A stretch of DNA of 64,000 nt from Podarcis tiliguerta (taxonomy: Eukaryota): the NCBI GenBank assembly GCA_965153285.1, contig OZ229112.1; one strand, given 5' to 3'. The notes under the pieces were generated by a model. It saw only the letters and a program-made list of their open reading frames with translations. It had not been told where the DNA came from and searched no databases. The number at the start of each line of letters is the position of its first letter. The stretch's first letter is position 1. Made by a program: the position numbers and the translations under genes. Shown piece by piece: positions 46,886 to 60,911 of this stretch.

Positions 46886-48414
46886 TGTGACCTACATAAT
46901 TTAACTGTTGGTGAACAGCCATGACTCAGTGGCAGAACATTTGCTTTGCACCCAGAGGGTTCCAGGTACGACTATGTTCCATTCATATATTTAGAAGGCT
47001 TATCCAACCTGAAGGGTTCGTGTACTCCTGGCACTCCTGTGTAGATCTTGTTTTTCCCCCTTGTAATAAAGAGCTAACTGCATGTAATTTACTACTGCTT
47101 CCCTCCTGTCAGTTGGGAAAACAGTTTGACCATTTTAGTTCAAACACTTTTAAGTTTAGTCCAAATCTTCACTGGACATTACAAAAAAGTTGGAGGGGGA
47201 GATTCAGATGGCAGGGACGGAGGCCACAGAACTGAAAAAACTCCCCAGTAGATAAGTGCCAGACATGAGGAATCTGTGGGCCTACAGATGTTCTAACTTC
47301 CAATTGGAGTCCAATTTCCATCAGCCCCATGCAGCAACATCAATAGGGAGGAGGGGAGTTGGAGCCTCACTTCTAGTCTAAGCACAAGTTCATCACAAAG
47401 TATTTTCTTTAAAAAATAATAACTAATTCTGGAGGTTGTTAATGTTTTACAAACTGGAACCTAGGAACATTATACAAGCAGTAAAACACCATGACAAAAA
47501 TAATTACTTGGTTATGAATGCATCTTTTAGCTTGGTGAAGTTGTCATACTTCCAGACAGCACAGATGAATTAAAAATAAAAGCCTACTGATGTGTTATAT
47601 CAGTATTTAAATCCATACCACCACCACACTATTGCTTTGTTTTAAATGACACAAGACACACTGTTCCATGGAATTATCCTGGCATCTCGTAAGCAAGATT
47701 TACTGTGCACTCTTACTCAGGTTTATTGATTTCTTTGTTTCTTCCTGCTTTAAAGAAAAAGCAGCCAGGATTGTGAAGTCTTTATGTTATCCTGATCCAT
47801 ACTCACAAGGTCCTTATAGTTGTTATTTCTCTTCCACATACATATGTAATTATTACTTTTAAAAGTAAATAAAAGTGTACTTTTAAAAATGCCATAACTC
47901 AATATTTGTAAGTCACAATCCATAGGAAATTATTGCAAATTCAAGTGTCTAGGATCATCATAAATAGTAGCCTTTTCTTCATAAGAAGACTATTCCACAA
48001 ATGTTGATAAAGATCTTCAAAAAAACAGTTTTGATGCATGTTGCCAAAACAAAAACAAATTGCAATCTCTGCATCTAACCCCCCCCCCCCCAAAACACAA
48101 CTAATAATACTTAGCTAGATTCAGAATTTTATTCACAAAATAAGGTGCTTTGGGTCACAGCTTTTGGCTGCAGGGTAGATTGGCAAAAATTGTCTTCCAC
48201 TTCTATTTCCTCAAGTTTCTGCTAGACCCAAGCTGATTCCATGAACAGAATGACTCCTTCAGCAGCCACTATATGTTCCCAATTGTCATTACCTGTTCCA
48301 CATATGATGTCAGGTGTGGGTCAGGGATAATGGCCTCACAGCTCTAATTAAGCCCACAGGACAAAATTTCCACCTCACTAATATATTTGGTAAATCACAT
48401 GGACTTTTCTGTAA

Positions 48415-48540
48415 AATACTGTATTACAGTATTTTAATATTTTTTGGGAAGCCGTCCAGAGTGTCTGGGGTAGCCCAGCCAGATGGGTGGGATATAAATA
48501 ATAAATTATTATTATTATTATTAGTAGTAGTAGTAGTATT
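48415..48540 (+). mobile_element. L2 3'-terminal fragment, same family as 27027-27852
   Basis: cagagtgtctggggtagcccagccagatgggtggg followed by (TTA)n. Confidence 0.7.
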
Positions 48541-48964
48541 AACAAGCAGTGGATTCTAGTCTGAGTTAACACTAAAATGTTTAGTGTCTTCACAAAAAGC
48601 AGACTACCAACATCAAAATATTTTTTAAAAAATATGAGAGCCAGCTACTCATTAGAAAGTCACGTTTTCATCTTGCACAGATGTTCAGTGCTATATATAG
48701 CTGAGCCAGTCCCTGCTATAGGAATCATTAGGAAAGGAACTGAAATAAAAGTGCCAATATCACAATGCCTTTATACAGATCTATGATGTGACCACAGTGG
48801 GAATCAGAGGCGAATTTATGGCAGTGCAACCACTTCCACCACACCGGGCACCGAGCCTAGGGGCGCAACAGGGCATCACAACTATGATGTAGTGAATTGA
48901 GCAGAATGGAGGTTGAGAATTGGGCTAGCACTGGGCGCTGCTGAAATCTGAAATACCAAAGTCC

Positions 48965-49150
48965 GTCCTGCATCTCAAAAAAAGGATATTGTAAAGCTGG
49001 AAAATGTACAGAAAAAAAGACAACTAAAATAATGAAGCAATTTAAGCAACTCTGATCAAGGCTACAGTGTATTAGACTTTTTAGTTTTGAAAAAAGATGA
49101 GGAAGGGAAGGCATGACAGAGGTGCCTAAAATTATGCCTGGTGCAGAGAA
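48965..49150 (+). mobile_element. CR1 ORF2 fragment (further CR1 pieces ~49865-50015 and ~56720-56865)
   Basis: catctcaaaaaaaggatattgtaaagctggaaaatgtacag...ttttagttttgaaaaaagatg. Confidence 0.6.
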
Positions 49151-52100
49151 ACACACAGGTGGGTTGTACATCACAGCTGGCTATCTGCAACAGCTTAATA
49201 AATTTAATAATTAGCTTTTAGAAAACAGTCTGCTTGCGATATCTAAAAAAATCTTTCTCAGAATTCAAAATTTATCAAAATGGCAAAACATAGTAACTCT
49301 GTCAAAGAGGTCCATATGTTCCCTCTCATTCGTAAAGGTCATGCTTTGCCTATATATTGAATTTTCAGAACTAGAGACTTAAAAGATATTTCAAATAAAC
49401 TATTGATAGGCTTATGTTTAATGCTGAAAATTATTTAGAGTGCAGATGTTAATCAATTATTTAACCTTTGAGTTCTTGAAAAAATAAAGTTCAAAGATAT
49501 TAGATTTCATCTCTGTTCAGCTTGTTGACCTAATGTGAGGGATAAACAGTTCTTGATGTGCCAGAAATAGAAAGGATAATAGGTGTTCCTGTCAATTGTT
49601 TTCATTTAATATCTTATAGAGGCCATAAACATCTGTAAGCATGCTTAACAGCAAATGTTTCTTCAGTCTGTGAAGCTAATTAAATTCTAGATTAACAATA
49701 GCATGAGAGAAGCAGATGGTTTTTGTAGGTGCGTTAATTACTTCAAAAATTGTATACAACAATGACACGAACAATAAAAATGTTAAGTGATGAATTAGTG
49801 GCAACCTAAGGCCATTTGCAAGATTGTAACGTTGCATGAGCTGAATATCTGAATATCAGCTGATGAGAAACATGAGTGGGAGAGCACTGTGGTGCTCAGA
49901 TCATGTCTATATGCTTTTCTCATGGGCATCTGACAGGGCACTGTGGGAAAAGGATGCTGGAATAGATGGGCCTTTGCTCTGATCTAGCAGGCCTCTTGAG
50001 ATGTTAACTTCTTATGTTTTTGAGCTAGAGCAATGCCAAGATTCAAATTTCACACATACTGTGTCACCATGGAAATCAGGAATGACAGCACTGTCAAGAT
50101 GGATTTGTCAATCAAGTCATGTGAGTGCATTTTCCTCTACTCTCTTCCCTTCTTGCTCTCTTCTAATTTATTTTATCGAATTTTAAATCTTACAATTTCC
50201 ACATCAAAATAATTTATATCATGCCATAAGCTCTGATGGTGCGACATAGGAACCTGAATTTCAGATAGGATTTCCCAGCCTTCTAAGAATATAAGAAAAG
50301 GCCAGTGGCCCATTCATTCCTGTATCCTGTTCTCACTGTGGCCAACCTGATGCTTGGGGGAAGCTCACACCTGGAGATGGTACATCATGATGACAATAGT
50401 AATCCTTAAAATGCATTAAGGCAACAATGTGAAAGTAGAAAATGTTGTTTCTTACATTTAAACAGCATATGTGTGGGTTTCATTTAAAATCAGTGAGAGG
50501 ATGACATGCAGAAGAAAACTATGAGAATACTCTAAAACCTACAAGAGGATAATATCTTTACTGGAAGCAATCACAAAATGTGGCAGGCTTACAGAGTAAC
50601 ATCTTGCCTGATGACGAGTTTTCGAGAACTTGGGAAATGTGTGTTTATTTATTTTTGTTAGTCCTTATAAAATAATTGCTCAACTGTGGATTTTGGAGGG
50701 AAATTTATGAACTAACATGATTATCTTTGCTTTTTTATTATGAAAATATTTTCTCTTTTAAACCCAATGGTTCACCTGCTCTATGAACTCCAGCTTTTCC
50801 ATTAGAAAGCAGCACTGGAGTCCTTTTCTTCATATCTCTCTATGACACATTATATATTTCAGCACATTGCTTCTGAATTCACACATTCGGAGCCCTAGCT
50901 TAGATGTCTATACTTGACAGATGTAGCACAACCAAATGAGAAATGTGCAATGCAATTATCTAGCTACTGAGTGAGTACCTTTCAAAAATTGTTCATTTAA
51001 CCTGTTTACACAAACTGTAATTGCTTTCTTTCTCCCTGCCCACTTTCTTCGTTAATGAACCATAAATCCTCTGATTGCCCATGTTAAAAATTATTATAAT
51101 AATAATATTCATTCTTTACACAGATTCTGGGCATCAGTTAAAGTATGATTTCATATAGGATTCCTTCCAACACTTTTGAATAAGTGCAACAAGAGACCAA
51201 TGATTTCAAGTAATTATGCAGTCATTGACATTTGAAGGATTTGCAATTCTGAATTCTATTGCTTAGAAGCAGAATATATGCATAAATAGATCATGACTTT
51301 AGAGGCCACATCGATGGATGCACTGTAAGTCACATGACGATTAAGCTACCCCGTAGCTTACACAGATGTTGCTAGATCTTAAAAAAGCATTTACAACTGA
51401 GAGCATAAGTCATATAGCATGCTCTACAAAATGCAAATGACTGTAGCAGTGTGTGTCACACAATGCAAGCTGTCATGCACATTTCTTGAATATCATTCTT
51501 GCTTTCCTGTTGAGTGTCGCACTGCAATGACAGCTACATTCACACTGATATGGATTTCAGTAAGCACAGAACCATGTATGCAAGGTCCATTTCTTGTTTA
51601 GTCTTCTACCACATTGCACCTCTGAAATGCTAAGGTGAAATATCTATGTTGCTCATTAAAATGTGGGTTAGTCATTCATATTACACAACAGAGTATGAAC
51701 CACAGGGGCAAACACAATAAAGGGTGTGTTGGAAGTGTTACATAGAACATAACTAAGTTCTGAAGTCAAAAGCTTTTCAGCTTTTCAGTTAAGTACTAGT
51801 TTGCTATTGTTAGCAATGGGAAGGAAAAATCAATAAATGAAGGGGATTCATACCTTTCCCATATATGACAACAGAAATGCATTTTTCCGCACTAAGCCCA
51901 GACTGCCCAGCGTACCTCAGGGCCTCAAGGGCCAGTAAACCTAACTTGATGATAGAAGAAAAGTTGTAGAGGCTGATGGGTGTTGTATGTACATGCATTG
52001 TCTTTGGGGTTTGTTTCTTGCATTTTAAAAGGTTTTATTTGTCTGGTCTTTTGGCAAATAGTGGGAGAAGAAGAGAGACTCTCTTACCCATCAGTCACTC

Positions 52101-52853
52101 GGATTAGAAATAGTAATATTTGGTGGATTTAATACTAACTTATTTGATGGAGGCAGGGGGAGTTTCCTCTGCTGTAGATTCCAGAATAAGAATGCATCAC
52201 TCAAGTCTTACAAAGAGAGGGGCAGATGTACTCCACAAAGCCCAATAGAATATTGATTTCTAATTAAATGGAAGCACTTGCATTTAACAGACAGTCATAA
52301 CCACAACTGATTCTGACGGAAGCTCCGTAGACCTTTCCTCCAGAATAATGTCATTAGGATTAAAACCTTCCTGCTTTTCAGTCTAAATGGTTCAACTTCA
52401 GCAAGGTCTGCTGGGAGATTAAGTTTCTTTATTGCCTTTTATTCCGTTTTGGTTTGAGGCAGCAAAGAAACTTTGCTGTGTGAACACACATGCAAGGCAA
52501 CTTACCTCTCCCTCATCTGTTTTGCTTCTAGAAAAAAATTGATTTGCAAATAACACAGCAGGGAGCACCAAACTTGTGCGATGTTCCACTCTATTTACAG
52601 AAGCGGCTTTTACATCATGTGAAAGTTCAAATACAATCCGAAAATTAGTGAAACTTCAAGAAAATGGTATAAACTGCCATGTAAATGCAGCCTAAAATAA
52701 GATGTGCTTCCTCAGTATCCTCAGCACAGAGCCTTCAGCCTGAACTAATGCCAGATCTGATTTTTAGTCTCAGTGAGTCACTGTTGTACATGCAGATGTA
52801 GCAGCGCAGAATGAGGAGCAATGTTTATTTAGTGCCTGACATCTCATACTTAC

Positions 52854-53055
52854 GTGTCATAAACATTCAACAGCCAGTTGAGACACATATCTACACACAC
52901 TGGAACATTCACCAACTCCTTGTGCTTCTCTTCCATTCTGCTGTAAATCGTAGTGAGGCAGCTGACTACATCCTGAACACCAAGGAGCTGGTCATTTTGA
53001 GTCAGCTTGTGCTGCTTGAAAGCTTCATTTGTTGTATTTAAGTCCAACAAGTCCA
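52854..53055 (-). CDS. UTRN: UTRN exon (DMD exon 65 equivalent, 202 nt), EF-hand region
   Basis: ttgccag|TG GAC ... GAC AC|gtaagt; [68 protein letters not shown]. Confidence 0.96.
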
Positions 53056-53848
53056 CTGGCAAAATAGTCAAGCAGAGAAGATTTAATGAATGACATTATA
53101 TTTTGAGAGAGATATATATTTTAAAAACTTTTCTATAAAAGAATCAATTGACACACCAGAGCACCCATAATCTACCTCTAATTTTAAAAGGGAACTCATT
53201 CTAATGTTTATTTAGCTCTTAATCTACGGTTGTATTATTAATTTTCTTATATGTAACAGATTTCTGGCCAATTTTTCATGGTAAAATCCCTCATGAAGCA
53301 GATTGCAACACATTTTAAAATACAGATTAAATAATGAAAACATAAAAACAACAAATAAGATTCAATACATCATCCTTAAAATTACAAATAAGTTAGTAGC
53401 TAAAATGATAGTTGAAAGCAGAGTGTGTTAAGTTAATCAAACACACAGTGAAGGACCCAAGTCTTTAAAATTATCATAAAGGCCTGCAAAGAGTGGGCAA
53501 TTTGTGCTTCTGCCAAAGAAATTATAGAAATTATAGAATGAAATTGAAATGTGTGCAAGAAGGGCTAACCAAGTGAAAGCTGAAATGTGAAGGTTGTGCT
53601 TGCAAGAGAGCCGTGAGCAGGAATTAAGTAGCACGTGAGGAGGAGTTTGTTATTAGAAACTATTGTACGGGAAGAGATAAGGAAGTTAGAAGAAAGTTGC
53701 TATGCCTTGTAGAAGTAGAAGCTAGTAGAAGGAAGTCTTGCCATATATAAGTTTAATGGCCCCTTTGCTTGGAAGTGCATAAAGCTAGCGCTATTTTCAA
53801 TTTGGTGTGTCACCCACCACTACTTGCTGGTTGAAGTTGTGTTGCACC

Positions 53849-54205
53849 CAGGGCCGTCTTTAGCATATGCGCCGCCGGGGGGCAAAGATCTGCCCAGTGC
53901 CCCCAAATTTAGTTTAGCCCACAAATCAACTTTTATTATGCTTAAGTCACTATTATCATTTGATAAATAGCGCTAACACCTGCACAGCTCGAAAAGGAGG
54001 TTTTTTGGGGGGTTATTTTGTTTAAAACCAGCTTTTCTAAAACCAGTGTGAGATCAGTGGTGTCAAAGGTGCCGCTAACCCCGCTGTCGCATAGCAGCTC
54101 AATACAATACACTTAGGCGGCTTCAGCGGTGGGCACCTGGTGCCCCCCAGAATTCAGCGCCCGGGTGCCCGACACCCCTTGCACCCCCCGGTAAAGACAG
54201 CCCTG
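53849..54205. mobile_element. hAT non-autonomous element (MITE)
   Basis: 14-bp TIRs CAGGGCCGTCTTTA / TAAAGACAGCCCTG, perfect 8-bp TSD GTTGCACC (53841-53848, 54206-54213). Confidence 0.88.
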
Positions 54206-54744
54206 GTTGCACCGACCTTGTAATGCTTAAATAAACGTCCCGTTTTGCTGGAGTCTGGATTTTATTGGCTGTCCAGGCTTAACCCACAGGTTATTGAGTA
54301 TTGAACCCTGATATTTCCTCAACACTTCCCTGGGGAGGTTATTCCAGAGATGTGGAAACCACCCCCCTCCAAAAAAAAGAAAAGAAAAGAAAGCCCTGTC
54401 CCTTTTACTCACTAATATTAGAGTTTTTATACTGGACCTGAAAGCCGATGCTGATCTTACAGGTCAGGTAGACTCTTATGGGTTCAGACTGTTAACAAGC
54501 ATTTCCTAAGAATTTCTTCTGCAGCATGGTATGTTAAATGAGAATCCGTACATGAACAGTCAGCATTTAACTGTTCAAAGGCATTTGCTTTGTAAATACA
54601 GAAATCCTTTGTTTGCTATAGGGAACACTTGAGTCATGATGTTGTGCCATCCATGTCCTCTCAACTTCAGTCATGCATGCCATTGTGCTTTTACACACAT
54701 ACCACCTTTCCAGATAAGCTATGCTCAGAGTGGTTATGCATGTA

Positions 54745-54970
54745 CAGTGGTACCTCGGGTTACATACGCTTCAGGTTACAGACTCCGCTAACCCAGAAAT
54801 AGTGCTTCAGGCTAAGAACTTTGCTTCAGGATAAGAATAGAAATCATGCTCCGGCGGCACTGCGGCAACAGGAGGTCCCATTAGCTAAAGTGGTGCTTCA
54901 GGTTAAGAACAGTTTCAGGTTAAGTACGGACCTCCGGAATGAATTAAGTACTTAACCCAAGGTACCACTG
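54745..54970 (+). mobile_element. Tigger/pogo-like MITE
   Basis: TIRs CAGTGGTACCTCGGGTTA / TAACCCAAGGTACCACTG, TA on the left flank. Confidence 0.8.
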
Positions 54971-57900
54971 CAATACCAGACTAAACTACAGTCATTCTCA
55001 GGGGATAGCGCTGAATGTATCCACCAACTTTTAAAGCCTTCTGATCGCTGAAGAACTTTGTAAACATTAAGCCACTCTGAGAGCCTATTGCTTGAAGAGT
55101 GGAATAAAAATTTCTAAACTACATACATACATACATACATACATACAGTGAATGCATGCATACTCTTCTGTCTTTAACCATAATGTTGGTACCAGATGAA
55201 AAGCCTGAGTATTCAGGCAATATTTACAGATTTGCAGTTGGAACCAAGAATTCTGTTAGGGTAGAGATGAGAATTTCCCAGTACATGCAAGCATTATATC
55301 ACGATGATTTAAAGTGCCCTGACTAGGAATCATCTTACTACATTCTATTTGCACTTAACAATTCTGGGCAGAACATGCAGATTAAGGTATCATTTAAAAT
55401 CCCTTCACGATCTACAAAGAGCAATAATGGAAACATGCCCATATGCACTGACAGGCATCCCTCATGGAAGATCACATTTCTGCTATGAATTCCTGTCTTG
55501 AATGATGACAAGAATATGTGCCAGTTCCAAAAAGCACACTCGGTTACAACAGTGATTATGGGAAACTAATTATCATCTAGACAATGAGATAGAAGGAAAA
55601 TAGCTGATCGTGAATTTTTCCCCAAGTAGTCTTAAGTTATGGAGACAGACATTTCATGGGCATAAAAAGAGTTTAAGCTGAAAGCCAAATGGAAGCATAA
55701 TCTTTAGAGACATCTTTCACTAGAAATGGTTGAAAATTTAGCAAACCGTGGCAGTTTCTTGGCATTCTTTTCACTGTATATGTACAATGAGCAAGTTAAA
55801 ATTTCATTTCCTGCAAATTATTTTTTTGCAGGCAGAATCAGAAGTGAATTAACACTGTAAGCTATCATTCTGAAGGAAAGGAAGACTGACAATTCTAGAG
55901 TGAATTATAAATTATTGTCTGTCTCGGGGGGGGGGGACAATAACAGGGCAGAGTAATTTGTAATACATAGGAAACAGGATATGGAAGGCTGGGGAATAAC
56001 AGATACCACAAACAATATGGCTGTGGTAACAGCTAGAATGCCACTGCTTGTATTTCCTTATCTATGAAAAATGCAGATGAGTCCCTTTCTGTTGAGCTCA
56101 GAAGACTTTCTGTGCAAGTCTCAGGAGATAGGTTTTGATTCCTCTTCCTCCAATCCCCAGTATGCACACATGTCATAATAATACAAAAATACTCAGTAAC
56201 ACAATAAAAGTTGTCCTTGATGCTCCTCATCTTCTCCCCATTAGCATATAAATTCACACTGAATTGCTCCTGGGCAAGAGTCAAAAATGGTCTGGGGACC
56301 ACCTGGGACTTCTTGCTAAATAAGGTACTGACCAGCTGTCATCTCAGATACGAAATTAGCAGTAACTCTCTCCTGTTTTTTTAAAGGTTTGTTTCCTTTC
56401 CCTTTCAGTGTATGGCTTGGTCTGTTTGCCGAGTCATTGTCAAGCTATTCTCCTTGTAGGCGCCTTCCACTGACCTTGTAAATGCTTAGAAGTCCGTCAC
56501 TGTCTAGTCACGCTAAATATAGCCATTAAGTTTGATCTGGACCTAGAAAGCTGGATATCACTGAAGGTCTCTGAGCTCAGGCTTCGAAATTAACTTTAGA
56601 GGCTCACAAAAGGAAGGGCAAGTCTACAAACTTCAAAATTCTTTTCTGATTTGAATTAAAACAATTCCCAGCCTCATCCTGCCCAACCTGCTAGACACAA
56701 GAGCTGGAAAAGGTTCAAAAAAGGAAGTCTTTCTTCACAAAGCACATAGTTAAATTTTGGAATTCATTTCCACAAGATGTAGTGATAGCCATAACTTGGA
56801 TGGCTTTAAAAGAACTTTAGACAAATTCATGGAGGTTAAGGCTGTCAATGCCTACAAGCCATAATATTTGATTTCTACATCATTTTCCTCATATTTATGG
56901 CTTCACAGTGCCAAATCAATCCTATTAAATGTTAAATAGACTATAGCTCGGCTATCACAGTATTTCAAGAGACTATAATGATTCCTATCAGGTACAAAAG
57001 AAACAAAATTATTATGCAGGAAATGTTAATTTATGCTGGAAATGTTAATGTATAGGGTTTTCTGTACCCCTCCCCCAGAAAAATAAAAATATCTGCAACT
57101 AAATTCCTTTCATTTCCTGCTAAATAGTCTCTTTTGGAAAATCTAGAAGGATGGACAGTAATTAATGGTTTCCACATTTACAATTTGAAAAGCATTCTAC
57201 TGGAGCGCCTTACATTGGCAAAGGCCCTAAGACACAAACTTCAGACACGTCCTTGTGGTTTCCCCCCAGAAGGCCTTTGCAGTTTGCCACTGTTAAGCTG
57301 TGACAGCAATTTGTCACATCTAACAGTCAGATGATGGCCCTCTATTTCAAGTGATTCAATCTGACACTCTCTTTGCCTTAGTGCATTAGCCCTGCTGAAG
57401 TGTTATATAGCCTGACATCTTTAGAGGCTATCTGCATTTAAATTATGGGAAATGATTTCCAATTTCAAATGGAAGCTGCATGACAGCTTGGCTTGGGTGG
57501 TACATAAGGAAGAGGCATAGAAATTTCGACTACCTGCTTGTCCAAATTTAAGGATAGAGAAACCTCTAGAGGTTCTTAACTTTCTTTGGTTGCCCTCTGA
57601 TGATATAAAGCAACAACAAAAAAAGCTTGTTCCTTTCTACATGAGAGGCCACCAAGGCAACACTTTGCAGAGCAAGGACAGAAAATTGATATTTGTCAGA
57701 TGTTTTGCTAAAGGCTGAACAAAGTAGTGTTTTCTCAAGGCTCATACACTGCTGAATTTCGAATTCAGTAAATGCAGGATCTTATTGCACAGGAAGCTGC
57801 ATATTTCTGAATAGAGACTGTAGGGTATTTTACTTTCAAAGCAGTTTAATAGTAAAAAGGACTACAAACTCACAGGTTAGCATTTCAGTTGCAGATGGAT

Positions 57901-58993
57901 TAGCTTAAGAGACAAAATTGTGTTTGGACTTGGCAAGGCAGACTGCAAACTAGGATTTTTCAGCTGCGTCATTTGTAGTCATTCTGAACCTCATCAGCAC
58001 TAGAGAGATTTCCAGTAACTTGTCAGCTGAATTGTGCAAACATTGAGGTTTTTGGGAGAGGACTAAAAATAAAAGTGCTACTACTAACCCACTGAACAGT
58101 GCCTGAGTTATCTCTCCACTTTCTTCGCTTCAGTTTTTTTCCTTCTTCAGACACTTGTCTTTCAGCTGGCTTCAGTGCTATTCTACTTCACAAAAGAATG
58201 CTTGAGTGAAGCAATCACAACATGAACAGCAGCTCTCCTGTATGAACCTGCTTACTAGAGCTGCAGAAACTGATCAGCCAGGCTCAACCACTAGGCTGCT
58301 TTTGCTTTTCCCTCATCTTACATACAAAGAGGGGTTGAGAAATCTGTTTTAAGTGGTTTTAGCCAGAGAATTTGATGGTTCCGTCCCAATTGAGCTTTGC
58401 CCACATCAGACTGCCACTTGCATTGAGCACTCACTTATGCCCAAGCCACTTCTACAATGGTGGTTTTTGGTTTTTTTTAAAAGGACCAGCTAGTTATACA
58501 TAATATTATGTACAAATAAATGTATATATTATGCATACATACAGAGACACATACCTACATAAAGAATAAAGCCCCTTGTACTATATTTCTGCACCGTAAT
58601 TTTATAAGTATTAATACATAAGTATTTTTATATGGTTGTATACATAGTATGTATCTGTTTATGTGCTCACAACTTTAGAAAAGCTGGAGATATGTGTATA
58701 ATATTACATTATAGGGATTCTTATAATGATGCATATAATATGCAAGAATTGTTCATCTTTTTAGCCAAGTCGGGGAGAATAACTCACTTTTCATCAAGAT
58801 TAAGGAATTAGACAGTAAATGGGGGGGGGGATCTGTGCCGATAAATTTGACATCCAAGTTTTTCAGAAAATTCCGTCCCTCCTTACATTGTAGGACAAAA
58901 CTATGCACAGATTTCCATAATTTTTAAACGTTTAAAGAGTCTCATGCCTGAATTCCCATTAGCCAACGCATAAAATCACAGACAATACACATA

Positions 58994-59211
58994 CAGTAGT
59001 GGTACCTTTGGTTACGAACTTAATTCGTTCTGGAGGTCCGTTCTTAACCTGACACTGTTCTTAACCTGAGGTACCACTTTAGCTAATGGGGCTTCCTGCC
59101 ACCGGCGTGCGATATCTGTTCTCCTCCTGAGGCAAAGTTCTTAACCCAAGGTACTACTTATGGGTTAGCGGAGTCTGTAACCCAAAGTGTTTGTAACCCG
59201 ACGTACCACTG
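58994..59211 (-). mobile_element. Tigger/pogo-like MITE, same family as 54745-54970, opposite orientation
   Basis: Reverse-complement homology (gtaccactttagctaatggg; gggttagcggagtctgtaacc), TA flanks. Confidence 0.8.
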
Positions 59212-60210
59212 TATTATCTATTGTTTAAGGCTTAGCTGAATATTCTCTCATAAGAACTTTAGGGTTGAATCTGGTGGGCAGACTGAAAAGGAGATGAAAC
59301 TGGCAAACACTATTAGCTTTTTGCCACGACTTCTTTCACAGTGATAACTAGGGTGTGTCCCATTTTGCTGAAACAGGAAGGTGCCATGCTGCACTGCCCC
59401 AGACACAACTGGATAGGTTCAGAAAGATCCCCCCTTTCCCAGCTTCTTCTCAAATGCACTGACAGTTTGTAAAGTTTAGAAATAATTTAGTTCAAGTGGT
59501 GTCCTTTTTAAAAAAAATTATTTAAAAAACCAACCCCAGAGAGTAAAGAAATACACTGAAACGTGTCTTGGGGAAAAACAAACTATAGCTGAAGTTTACC
59601 GTTAAATGGTTTTTCATGGCTCAGTTCTCCTGGGCTGGCTAAGCGATACACAAATCAAAGCCTCCGACTGGATACATAGATCACCAATGTTAAATGATGT
59701 TAATTAATCTAAGGAATTGTGATGAAAGCAAGTGGAGGTGAAATTTTCAAGGATCCAAGCAGCTGAGAACTTTAAATTGTGCCAGAACTGGTAAAAATTT
59801 CTGGTGTCACATCGCTGTCAGGACATGGAAGAATAAGTTTTGTACATTCAGGGAGTTAAAAAATAATAATACCTAAAAGCATTTAAAGCCTACACCTGCA
59901 GCTCTACTATGAGTACTGGAATCATTTATTGGTCTGGATCTTTCACTGTTCTTTACTGCTTTTTATAAATATTCATTCAGCTCATATAATTTTGTTTCCC
60001 AATGAGAATGTTAGTTCTGAAAAGATAAGAGAGATGCCATTGTGCTAACTTGTCCATTAACTATACTGATTTTCAACAACCCATACTATAGGTGACCACA
60101 ATCAGCAAACTGGAAGTATGAATCTGTCTTTGGTTATCATTTCCTATGAGGAGGAGGATCCGCTAAACCTCTTTGCTGAAAAAATAATGAGCTTTGAGAA
60201 GTAAACTTAC

Positions 60211-60285
60211 AGCACAATGCCTTCTGTAGCCTCCGGATTTTGATGGCTGTGCGATAAGCAGAAAAGCGCACGTTGTTCAAATCAG
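60211..60285 (-). CDS. UTRN: UTRN exon (DMD exon 64 equivalent, 75 nt)
   Basis: ttttcag|CT GAT ... TGC T|gtaagt; [25 protein letters not shown]. Confidence 0.96.
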
Positions 60286-60849
60286 CTGAAAAAATGGCAA
60301 AGGGCAGAATGTAAGAGTATTATAAGGAACCATTTTGTTCAATGTCATGTTGTCATGAATTTGTTGTCAGTTAAAACACGTGCACACATGAATGAACACA
60401 CACACACACCTGAGACCCAAAAAAAGGGGGAAGGGAAGCAGTACTTTATGTCAAGCTAAATTGATATTAATGTCTGTTTCCAGTCAAAATAGTGGAAGAG
60501 ATGACAACACTTGTGAGACATTTTAAAAAGTTCTACCAAAACTTCCAGGACAGAAATGTACAAGTAAAATCTCTCTGTGTATGGAACCTATAGCTTTCAT
60601 GTAGCAAAATACAGAGCACCATATTTGCTAAGACCTTTCATGGGCATCGTATGAGGCCTTAGCAAATAAACAATATGCCATGCTCCCATGACATTCATTC
60701 TGTAACCGGCACCAGTAACACATTTATGTACTGTGGGTTACCCCCTATCTGCACATTCAGCGAAATCCTACATTTAGCAATAAACACTTTGACCAGCTAT
60801 CAGATAGACTCTTTGTGACTTAGTTTTACCAAAGGAGAAGTGCACTTAC

Positions 60850-60911
60850 CTAATGACTGGAACAGTTCGGTCATTTTAGGGTGATCCCAGCAGGTTGTCT
60901 GCGTCTGATGA
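60850..60911 (-). CDS. UTRN: UTRN exon (DMD exon 63 equivalent, 62 nt), end of WW domain
   Basis: ttttaacag|T CAT CAG ACG ... TTA G|gtaagt; [20 protein letters not shown]. Confidence 0.96.

Larger units (their letters stand above)
4737..60911 (-). other. UTRN: Utrophin gene, 3' portion (last 17 coding exons; gene continues beyond the right edge of the window)
   Basis: The 17 exons have GT-AG boundaries and sizes 62,75,202,86,158,167,112,137,39,66,66,159,244,109,93,23,9 that join in frame. Utrophin-type rather than dystrophin-type sequences: [40 protein letters not shown]-terminal ...RPQAM*. Confidence 0.97.

Noticed and set aside
4737-60911. Assignment as dystrophin (DMD) or DRP2
   Set aside because: Diagnostic residues and the C-terminus (PITLISMWPE, 23-nt penultimate exon, ...RPQAM*) match utrophin.
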